A DNA stretch of 64,000 nucleotides from Mobula hypostoma (Eukaryota), in contig NC_086108.1 in assembly GCF_963921235.1 (NCBI RefSeq), forward strand, positions 101,310,001 through 101,374,000. Reading direction: 5' to 3'. The translations under genes and the position numbers were made by a program. Below, in pieces: positions 26,187-36,399 of the stretch. The notes below the pieces were generated by a model. It ran no database searches, was not told the DNA's origin, and worked only from the letters and a program-made list of their open reading frames with translations. The number at the start of each line of letters is the position of its first letter. Position 1 is the stretch's first letter.

Positions 26187-26325
26187 TGTCCTGACGAAGG
26201 GTCTCAGCCCGAAACGTCCACTGTACCTCTTCCTATAGATGCTGTCCGGCCTGCTGCGTTCACCAGCATTTTTTTAAGTGTGTTGTTTGAATTTCTAGCA
26301 TCTGCAGATTTCCCTGTGTTTACGT
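26187..26325 (+). mobile_element. PLE terminal repeat with minimal hammerhead motif
   Basis: CTGACGA-A-GGGT-CTCA-GCCC-GAAA-CGTC at 26191-26218, followed by the PLE end (gatgctg...ccagcat...tgtgttg...gcatctgcagatttcc). Confidence 0.75.
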
Positions 26326-28123
26326 TCTGGATTTGACTTTGCCTGACATGAAACAGTTATCAAGCTTTGTAAGTTTGCGGAAAAAGTGGGAGGCACTTTG
26401 TTTACTCTTTTTCTTATCAGAACAGGAATGTTAGAGGTCCCAGGGAAAAAACAGGAAAACCAGCGTATCCCGCTCTGCTATCGTAGCAGTAAGGAACCCC
26501 CTTGGATTCTGCTCCGCAATCAGGGTTTATCACGCACATGAACTCATCAGAATGAAATTAAAATGTTTAGTGGATAATATCTGTGAACATGATTTGGGTA
26601 GAGTCCATCTTTTTTAAAGACTGTCGAGCATTCCCAAAATAAATTAAAATTGAAGGACAGCTCACCACTCTCTGGGGAATTGGAGTGCCAAAACTTGGAT
26701 GCATATCTCTGTGCCTTCAGGACCATGACACATATAGAGAACCATTAACAAGAGATTAGGTCAGATAGCACTACGTATGTGATTTGCCCTGGAGGGTGCG
26801 CTGGTTCCTAGGCCTGCCGCAGAAAGAATGGAATAGGAGTGAGCATTGCTGATATTATCTGACAACATTCCCAATCAAGTCTGGCTTTTGCTGTCATTAC
26901 CCTCAATGGTATACTTGTCTGAGGGGGGGAACAGCCACTGGTGAATTCTATACTCCCTGTCAACCTGTTTGGTAGTCACTCATATCTTATGATGATATCA
27001 GTCCACCATCCTCAAATTCTAAACACAGTTGATGAAGCCAATGCACTGCATGCCTTTTTAACCATACAGTCAACCTGTGCAACAGCTTTGAGTGTCCTAT
27101 GGACTTGGACCCCAAGATCCCTCTGATCCTCCACACTGCCAAGAGTCTTACCATTAATACTATATTCAGACATCATATTTGACCTACCAAAATGAACCAC
27201 TTCACACTTATCTGGGTTGAACTCCATCTGCCACTTCTCAGCCCAGTTTTGCAACCTATTGATGTTCCGCTGTAACCTCTAACAGCCCGCCACACAATCT
27301 ACAAGACCCCTAACCTTTGTGTCATCAGCAAATTTACTAACTCATCCCTTCCCTTTCTCATCCAGGTCATTTATAAAAATCACAAAGAGCAGAGTTCCCA
27401 GAACAGATCCCTGAGGCACACCACTGGTCACCAATCTCCATGCGGAATATGACCTGTCTACAGCCACTCGTTGCCTTCAGCGGGCAAGCCAGTTCTGGAT
27501 CCACAAAGCAAGGTCCGCTTGGATCCCATGCCTCCTTCCTTTCTCAATAAGCCTTGCATGTGGTACATTATCAAGTGCCTTGCTGAAATCCATATACACT
27601 ACATCTACTGCTCTACCTTTATCAACGTGTTTAGTCACATCTTCAAGAAATTCAGTCAGGCTCGTAAGGCACGACCTGCCTTTGACAAAGCCATGCTGAC
27701 TATTCCTAATCATATTATGCCTCTCCAAATGTTCATAAATCCTGCCTTTCAGGATCTTTCCCATCAACTTACCAACCATTGAAATAAGACTCACTGGTCT
27801 ATAATTTCCTGGGCTGTCTCTACTCCCTTTCTTGAATAAGGGAATAACATCTGCAACCCTCCAATCCACTGGAACCTCTCCTGTCCACAAAGATGATTGC
27901 CAGAGGTTCAGCAATCTCCTCCTTCACTTCCCACAGTAGCCTGGGGTACACCTCATCTGGTCCCGGTGATAAATCCAGCTTGATGCTTTCCAAAAGCTCC
28001 AGCATATCCTCTTTCTTAATGTCTATATGCTCAAGCTTTTTAATCCACTGTGTCATCCCTACAATGGCCAAGATCCTTTTCTGTAGTGAACACTGAAGCC
28101 AAGTATTCATTAAGTACCTATGC

Positions 28124-28511
28124 TAGGGGTAGGCAACCTTAAGCACAAGTGATTTTCTAGCAACACACATGAAAGTTGCTGGTGAACACAGTAGACCAGG
28201 CAGCATCTCTAGGAAGAGGTACAGTCAACGTTTCAGCCTGAAATGTCGACTGTACCTCTTCCTAGAGATGCTGCCTGGCCTGCTGCGTTCAGCAGCAACT
28301 TTGTGTGTTGCTTGAGTTTCCAGCATCTGCAGAATTCCTCGTGTTAATGATTTTCTAGTATGTGTTATTCATTAATTTGAGGCAAAACATAACTAGATGT
28401 GTTTAAATAGATAATTCCCATATTTCAAGTTGTTAAGGCATTTATCTGGCCCACCAGCCGCTCATTAATACACGATCTGGCCCACAGAGGCAAAAAGGTC
28501 GCTGACCCCTG
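28124..28511. mobile_element. hAT (Charlie-like) MITE
   Basis: TIRs taggggtaggcaacctt / aaggtcgctgacccctg. Exact 8-bp TSD ACCTATGC at 28116-28123 and 28512-28519. Confidence 0.85.
28161..28347. mobile_element. Palindromic PLE-terminus insertion inside the MITE
   Basis: Inverted arms of about 75 bp centred on tttcagCctgaaa (about 28237). 11-bp TSD TGATTTTCTAG at 28150-28160 and 28348-28358. Confidence 0.85.
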
Positions 28512-30696
28512 ACCTATGCTATCTCCTTCAGTTCCATACACAATTTTCCACTGTCACACTTGATTGGTCCTATTCTCTCACACTTTACCCTTTTGCTCTT
28601 CACATACTTGTAGAATGCCTTGGGGTTTTCCTTAATCCTGTCCGCCAAAGCCTTCTCATGGCCCCTCCTGGCTCTCCTAATTTCATTCTCAAGCTCCTTC
28701 CTGCTAGCCTTATAATCTACTAGATATCTATCATTATGTAGTTTTTTGAACCTTTCATAACCTTTTCTTCTTGACTAGATTTTTAACAGCCTTTGTACAG
28801 CACAGTTCCTGTACCCTACCATCCTTTCCCTGTCTCATTGGAACTATCCCTTGATATTTGTTACATTTCTGCCGTACCTTTCCCTGAGAACACCTGTTCC
28901 CAATTTATGGTTCCAAGTTGCAGCCTGATAGCTTCATATTTCCCCTTATTCCAATTAAGCGCTTTCCTAACTTGTCTCCTCCTATCCCTCTCCAGTGCTA
29001 TGGTAAAGGAGATAGAGTTGTGATCACTATCTCCAAAATGCTCTCCCACTGAGAGACCTGACATCTGACCAGGTTCATTTCTCAAATCCCTTGCTCTAGG
29101 GAAGTGCCAATCGATGTTTAGGAATTTAAATTCTCCCACCACGACAGCCCTGTTATTATTGCACCTTTCCGGAATCTGTCTCCCTATCTGCTCTTGATGT
29201 CCCTGTTACTATTAGGTGGTCTATTAAAAAAAACACCCTGTCGAGTTATTGACGCCTTCCTGTTCCTAACTTCCACCCACAGAGACTCAGTAGACTATTC
29301 CTCCCTGACTTCCTCCTTTTCTGCAGCAGTGATGCTATCTTCGATCAGCAGTGCCACCCTCCCACCTGTTTTGCCTCCTTCCCTGTCCTTTCTGAAACAT
29401 CTAATTCCTGGCACTATAAGTAACTATTCCTGTCCGTGAGCCATCAAAGTCTCTGTAATGGCCACAACATCATAGTTCCAAGTACTGATCCACGCTCTAA
29501 TTTCACCTGCTTTGTTCATGATGCTCCTTGCATTAAAATAGACACATCTCAAACCATCGGTCTGAGCATATCCCTTCTCTATCACCTGCCTATCCTCCCT
29601 CTCGCACTGTCTCCAAGCTTTCTGTATATGTGAATCAACCGCCCCCTTCTATGTCTCTTCAGTTCACTTCCACCCCCCAGCAATTCTAGTTTAAACTCTC
29701 CGCAATAGCCTTAGCAAACTTCCCTGCCAGGATATTGGTCCCCCTCAGATTCAAGTGCAACCCGTCCTTTTTGTACAGGTCACGCCTGCCTCAAAAGAGG
29801 TCCCAATGATCCAGAAATCTGAATCCCTGCCCACTGCTCCAATCTCTCAGCCAAACATTCATCCTCCACCTCACTCAATTCCTATACTCACTGTCACATG
29901 GCACAGGCAGTAATTCTGAGACGTCTACCTTTGAGGTCCTGCTACTCAGCTTCCTTCCTAACTCCCGGTTGTCTGTTTTCAGGACCTCCTCCCTTTTCCT
30001 ACCTATGTTGTTGGTAAAGAGTGAATTGAAGTGTTGAAAGTACAGGATATTTGTGGTGCCGTGGGGCTATGGGCTGAATGGAGACAGCGGGGCCAGGACC
30101 CAAAAGGTGGAATGAGCCAATGTTTGGCCATTGGTGGAGTGGACTTGGGGGTGATTCGAAGAGGCAGACCCAAGTTGAGGCAGAATTGACGTGGCAGGGC
30201 TTGGACCCAAAGTGAGGAAAAAGCTGACGTTTGACCAATTTACATGCTGGGCCAGATAGGAAAGGTTGGGTGAGGGCTGAATTGAGCCAGCGAGGTCCAG
30301 GCCAGAGCGTATTTTTTGTTTTACTTTTTTTCTTTCTGAACATTGGGCGTTTCATAGTCATTTTGCTAATTGTCTGTAAGGAGACAAATCTCAATGTTGT
30401 ACATAGTATACATAAGTTGATAATAAATGTACATTGGACTTTGAATTTTGAACTTTTGAATTCTTCAAGGAAGAACATGCAATGAAAAGTACAACATTCA
30501 ACAATTTTAAAGAATAACAAATTATATAAAAATAAAGACATATATAAGTATAAAAGCTATTGAAGTTAGAGGATAAAGGATGGAGATGGAATAAAATATG
30601 CATAAATAAATAAATTTCAGCATGCATTTACAATGTCACTCTCTTGTTACCCTATCTACACAATTCATCAAATGGCCTGATCATAAAAGACCTTGC

Positions 30697-30918
30697 CCCA
30701 TTCATGCTTCCTGAAACGTCAAGGACTATGCAAAGCACACGGTTCTTGGCCTGTAGAAGTGTGAATGTTGGGATGACTGAACCAGTGTGGGGCAAAGAAA
30801 TGTTTCTGAAATCTTCCAAATGGCTGATCACGTCCCAAGTGCTCCTGTAATTGCACATACTGTTCTGCATGTTGGGTGCTTTGTTATTGCGGGTATTGTC
30901 AGTGCAGATTTCAGCCAC
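30697..30918 (-). pseudogene. CLCA: CLCA family exon (Cys-rich end to start of VWA domain)
   Basis: VAEICTDNTRNNKAPNMQNSMCNYRSTWDVISHLEDF...PTFTLLQAKNRVLCIVLDVSGSM aligns by eye with CLCA1 [31 protein letters not shown]...PTFSLLQIGQRIVCLVLDKSGSM. Acceptor ttttctag at 30919-30926. The putative donor is GCAAGG. Confidence 0.92.
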
Positions 30919-31014
30919 CTAGAAAACATATAATGTGTTAAACAGGTAAGTAGCTATAAGGAGGTCCTTACCAGAAATTTACAACTGATCTCTGAGACCT
31001 ATTTCAAAGACTAG

Positions 31015-31617
31015 TGTACGGGGTCTTTCTTTTGTTACATTTAAAATGGCGACTTTGTTATGTTAATCTGGAGAATGCGGCTTTGTTGTGCTTTAACACT
31101 GAAGAGAGTTAACAGTTTGTTTTACTTTAAAATGAGATAACAGGATTCTATTAGCCAATGGGTGGTTATGTATCGTTTTGTTTTCGGATGCCATGCTGTA
31201 TGATATGACTGTGGACTGAGTTTTGGCGGGGAGTCGGAGGAGAGACGAGGAGGACCGCGGACGTGTGGAGAGGCTCCGGTCGATCACTCAGGGTGGTCTC
31301 GAGCCGTGAGTCCACGGAATTCGAGTGGTCGTCTGAAGTCGAATTGAGCTCCAACGTAGTGCGCGAAGAACTTGGACTTTGATAAGTGTTGGTGCCTTTT
31401 TTTTTTCATTACTTTCCTCTCTGTATCAAATGTATATTAATGTCATAGAATTAGTAATATCTATAAAGTGTATTTGTTAAAATTTACTGGGTGTGCTGGC
31501 TGATGATTGATGTTTGTGATTGATTCGGGTGGCAACCGACCCTGTGGGGAGTGTTGAGGTGGGTGCTGGGCTGGATTTCCCCTAGACATACACGAGCTAA
31601 TATAACTGAACGTTACA
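31015..31617 (+). mobile_element. Solo LTR-like element in CLCA intron
   Basis: TGTACG...CGTTACA ends; flanks ctag/ctaa; CCAAT at about 31156; CpG-rich interior. Confidence 0.6.
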
Positions 31618-32176
31618 CTAACCAGGGGATTATTCCCATTTTATACCTGATAGTTACTCTTCAATCAACATCACAAACAGGTCTTCTTGTCAAAGACAAA
31701 AATGTGCCCTTTGACCCACTACGTCCGTGCAGATTCCTTTGTCCTTCTACACTAACCCCACTTGCCCCCATCTGAACCATATTCTATTTAGAACATTATA
31801 ATATTAGAACAGTTTTAACAGGAACGGGCTATTTAGCCCAACAAAGCTTGCCAAATTCCTATTCACATTGTGTCTTGAAATAACTATCGAGTTTAATTTT
31901 GAAAGTCTCTAAGGTACTACTTTTATATACACAACCAAGTACTATGTTCCGTGTGTCCACAACTCTCTGTGTAAATAAATGCTTCCTGATGTTGGTCTGA
32001 AATCTCCCTTTAACTAGTCTCCACCTACTGTCCTCATTGATGGATAAATTTTGAACTAGCAGCTTTCATCCACCTTACTTATACTCTTAATGATTTTGAA
32101 CGCTGCTATAATGTCTCCTCTCATTCTATGTCTACTTAGGCTAAAATAAATAAATTATTTATGAATAATTAATTAA

Positions 32177-32407
32177 TGACCTGGATCTGGGCCATACCCT
32201 CCAAATATCTGGACCTGCCTCTCAGTTGTTTTGCACTACCTGACTTTCCATTTTTCTATTTTCTATTTATGATTTATAATTTAAATTTTTAATATTTACT
32301 ATTGATTTGTAATCCAGGGAGCGGGAAGCGCAGAATCAAATATCGCTGTAATGATTGTACGTTCTAGTATCAATTGTTTGGCGACAATAAAGTATAAAAT
32401 AAAGTAA
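32177..32407 (+). mobile_element. Rex1/Babar 3' fragment (young subfamily)
   Basis: Near-identical to the 3'UTR at 38320-38544; AATAAAGTA tail. Confidence 0.8.
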
Positions 32408-32525
32408 GTATTTCAATCTTTCTTCATAGGTCATATTCTGCAGAGCTGGACAGAGTCTCGTCGCCTTTCTCTGGATACTCTCCAGTGCCTTCGAATCTCT
32501 CACAAAATATGGAGACCATGATTGT

Positions 32526-33645
32526 TGTTACATACCCTGTGGGTATCTTGTGACTGTCTTATGACAATGATGTAATGGTCTTGTGGCAGTCACATGATCT
32601 AATTTTCCTGCCAGTGTGAGGTCACGTGATGACATGTTCTCAACAGGTATATAAAGAGAAACCTTGTTGTGATGCAGTTACTTTTTAGTTTAGTTTTGTG
32701 TTAGTTCGTCAGTTACTCCGTTATGCTGTGTATTTGTCTCATGACGCAGTTTCGTTTTAAAACAGAGTTTTATTTTCTATTTTAAGGTGCAAAGATTGGT
32801 GCTGGCAGTTTCGCCAATCGCTGCCAGTTTTGTGTGTTGTATCTGCAATTTTTCCTTTACAATAGTATTGGAGAGTGAAGACCTTACAGAAGTACGGGAA
32901 CCTGAAGGATTGAATAAAGTTGGAGTCGTTCGGCGGTTTTATAAAGGATCGACCTTATTGAGTCTTTGTTCAGAAATAGTGACATGCATCTGAGATAACT
33001 CCTGCAACAGCAGGGAAGTTTGTGCAGTGTTCACTCGCCAGAAAAAGGTCAGTTCCTTTAAGCGGTTTTATTTCCTTCGTCGTAAATCCTTTGGAGAATC
33101 AGCAGTAACGTCACGTCTTCGAAGAAATCCATTTCCAGAGAAGTTTCTCCTTACTTTACTTTATTGTCACCAGTCAATTGATACTAGAGCATACTATCAT
33201 CACAGTGATATTTGTTTCTGCGCTTCGCGCTCCCTTGAGTACAAATCGATAGTAAATAGTAAAAATTTAAATTATAAATCATAAATAGAAAATAGAAAAA
33301 GGAAAGTAAGGTAGTGCAAAAAACCGAGAGGCAGGTCCGGATATTTGGAGGGTACGGCCCAGATCCGGGTCAGGATCCGTTCCGTAGTCTTATCACAGTT
33401 GGAGAGAAGCTGTTCCCAAATCTGTTATTGACTGTGTAAATCACTTGAACTTTCAAATTTACCACTTTAAGAACTGTGTTCCAGTTTACCACTTTAAGAA
33501 CTGTTCCAGAGCTGTCGTATAGCAGTTAACTTCCAGTTAAGTTAGTTGCTTAAATATTTGTTCACTATTATTGAGCAGAGTTTAATAGATGTTTGTTTAT
33601 AAAACCTGACTCAATTATATATTCATTGTTGCTGATTACGTAACA
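32526..33645 (+). mobile_element. Solo LTR
   Basis: TGTTAC...GTAACA inverted ends, 4-bp TSD TTGT (32522-32525, 33646-33649), TATATAAA at about 32648. Confidence 0.8.
33151..33424 (-). mobile_element. Rex1/Babar 3' fragment nested in LTR
   Basis: Encodes RFGNSFSPTVIRL; same 3'UTR as the 38051 and 49323 copies. Confidence 0.85.
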
Positions 33646-33983
33646 TTGTACACAGTACTCATTGTGTCTGTCTTAAACTGTCTGGCATTGGGTGTATTTA
33701 AAGTGGAGGCTGAGGGTATTTAATTAGTAAAGGCATCAATGGTTATGGGGAAAAGGCAGGCGAAAGGAGTTGAGAGGGAAAATTAATCACCCATGATCAA
33801 ATGGCAGAGCAGACTCGATGGGTGGGCCAAAGAGCCAAATTCTGCTCCTACATCTTATGGTCTTATCAGATTTCCCTAAATGTTCAGGAATATGTGTCAG
33901 GGAAAATTCTCTTTGACAAAACAAAAGATACTAAGTGGTGAATAAGGATGTTGCCTGGATTGGACTATAGTAGTTAAAAAGTA

Positions 33984-34285
33984 GAGTGGCACTGTTGCAT
34001 AGCAGTTAGCATAACATTATTACAGTGCTAGTGACCCAGGTTCAGTTCCCAACACTGTCTTTAAAGAGTTTTCATATTCTCCCTGTGATCTTGTGGGTTT
34101 CCTCTGGGTGCTCTGGTTTCCTCCCACATTCTAAAGACATAAGGCTAAGTACGTTAATTGGTCAAATGTGTATAATTAAGTGGGGTGGGCTCATTAGCAG
34201 AAGGGCCTGTTACTCTGCCATATCTCTCAGTATCTAAAAATAAATAAATAGATAGATAGATAAATAAACAAACAAATAAATAAAT
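33984..34285 (+). mobile_element. V-SINE/HE1-like SINE with (TAAA/TAGA)n tail
   Basis: A-box tagcagttag, B-box ggttcagttccc, V-core gggtttcctctgggtgctctggtttcctcccaca. Confidence 0.8.
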
Positions 34286-34345
34286 AGGCCAAATAGACTT
34301 GGAGTGATAGAAGAAAAACATTAGAATTGTTTATTTTAGTCTTAC

Positions 34346-34510
34346 ATTTTACTATCCTTGATTATACATTAATGAAGATGATCTATTTTGGTTCCTCTCT
34401 GGATAAAATATACAATATCCATCTACCAATCATGTCTTTTTACTAATGTTGCAGTCTAAACAATTACCATTACTGCAATCCTTAACTATTCCTTTTAGCT
34501 CCTTTGAACT
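34346..34510 (-). pseudogene. CLCA: CLCA family preceding exon, with three in-frame stops
   Basis: SKELKGIVKDCSNGNCLDCNISKKT*LVDGYCIFYPERNQNRSSSLMYNQG**N, then GTAAG donor (34341-34345). Matches the CLCA Cys-rich segment ending in SIMF-like. Phase 0 joins it to the 30918 exon. Confidence 0.85.
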
Positions 34511-35900
34511 GGTTAACATCTTCTGCACCCTCTCCAAAGCCTTCAGATCCTTTCTTTGAAGCGGTGACCAGAAATGCACACAATATTCTCAATGTAACCT
34601 GACCAAGATTTTATATATTTACAACATGCCTTCCCAATTTGTATACTCAATACCCTAACTGATGAATGCAAACAAGAAAGCCAGCATGTTACAACCTTAT
34701 TTACTTGTGTTGCCACATTCAAGACACTATGGACTGTACACTTTCAGCTTCCGTTTCGTTTTCCAAAGTACAAAACATTATACTAGTCCAGATTAAACTC
34801 TATAGGCAATCTCCCCACCTATATCTACAACTGATCTCAGTCCTCTGCTATTCTCTGACAACTTTCTTCATTATTCACAACACAATCAATTTTTACATTG
34901 TCTGCAAACTTATTAATTTATAAATTTATACATATTTGCATTTTTGTCCAAGTCATTTACATATATCACAAATGACAGAGGTCCCAGCACAGATCCTTGC
35001 AGAACACCACTAGTCAGTGAAACGTCTAGTCCATGTAGACAGAATTTATTGCCCTAACCTCATCAATCATCTTTGTCACTTCCTCAAAAAAACTTGTCTA
35101 TCACTACCCTGAGTGTGCTATGGCCAAGCCAGTTTTGAATGCAAACTATAAATCTCTGTGAATTCCACGTGTCTTAATCTTGTGGATTAGTCCAACACGA
35201 GGAACTTTTGTCAAAAGCTTTTCTAAACTCCAAAGCAGCTCAAGCAAAATGCTGCTTTTTCCTGGGAACTTGCCCCCAGCGCTGTCAGTATTTTGTCTGT
35301 ATCTTGCTTTGGATTTCCACATCTGCAGAATCTCTTGTGTTTATGATTTACTAACATCCATGTAAATAAACAACATTCACCGGCCTACCCTCATCAATCA
35401 TCTTTGTCATCTCCTCAAAATCTTAGTTAAATTCATAAGACATGGCCTGTCCTGAACAAAGTCACGCAGATGTCCTAATAAATCCACATTTTTCCAAATA
35501 CGAATGAATGTCATACCAAAGAATCCCCTCCAATAGCTTCCCCTATATTGATGTGAGACTCACCTGCCTATAATTTGCCTGCCAGATTACCAAATGGTAT
35601 TCTTAAGCAAAAGAACAACAATGACTATTCTTCAATTTTCTGGGACCTCACATACAGCTAGAAAGTATGCAAAGATCTCCATTAAGGCCCCAGCAATCTC
35701 CTTTCTTGCTTCTGTCAGTAATCTAGGATAGAAATCATCCCTGGGGATCTATCTATCTTAATGTTCTTCAAGAGACATAACATCATGTGCTTCCTGATAT
35801 CAACATGCTTTGGAATATTATCAAACCCTGCACCGATCTCCGTCTTCCATGTCCTTTTGCTAAATGGATACCAATGCAAAGTACTCAATTAGTATCCCCC
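34511..35900 (-). mobile_element. Old CR1 RT fragment abutting the CLCA exon
   Basis: Ends at ...ALERVQKMLT directly against the exon. Contains a PLE-terminus remnant at about 35250-35345. Confidence 0.75.
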
Positions 35901-36399
35901 CCCCAAACAAAAGATTCTCCTTGGTCCTTGAATAATCCTACAGTACCTTCTACCTAGTAACCCTCTCACTTTTACAGTGTGCATATACATCACAAACTTT
36001 CCTTCTGTTACATCAGGGACTAAATGTGTTGTAGGACACTGGTTTGCAATCATTAATAAGATTAATAAGGTAGGCATATATACAATCCAATAGAGAGCTC
36101 TGGTTATCTTGAACTCCACCGCTAGAGTAATTACAACCAAAACATGAGGTTCTGCTGATACTGCAAATCCAGAGTATCACACACAAAATGCTGGACAGGT
36201 GAAGGGTCTCTGCCTGAGACAATTTTTGTTCATAAAAAAAGCACCAATAAAATCTGGAATAAATTAGCCAGTGCCAGAAATACTCAGAAGGTCTGTCAGC
36301 ATTGTAGAGAAAGACACCTGGTTAACAGTGAGATTATTTGGGAACTTACTGGGAACTGTTAACTATAAAACAAATTTTATGATGCAAAATTAGCTGGGG

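Larger units (their letters stand above)
27025..30010 (-). mobile_element. CR1 LINE (ORF1 esterase end + ORF2), 3'-truncated
   Basis: HFGDSDHNSI, SPGPDEVYPRLL, NYRPVSLIS, YMDFSKALD, WAEKWQMEFN. Confidence 0.9.
31790..33670 (-). mobile_element. CR1 3' part split by Rex1 and LTR insertions
   Basis: EYCVQSWSPY-like sequence is restored on joining 33646-33665 to 32500-32525. Tail-like (ttcta) repeats at about 31790-31810. Confidence 0.65.

Noticed and set aside
26655..26740. Minus-strand EGTEICIQV resembling CLCA GGTSICSGL
   Set aside because: No upstream similarity and an in-frame stop close by.
35965..36125. Possible CLCA exon ending ...FVMYMHTVK followed by GTGAG
   Set aside because: Similarity to SIMFMQ is superficial and needs a frameshift. 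The true homologous exon is at 34346-34510.
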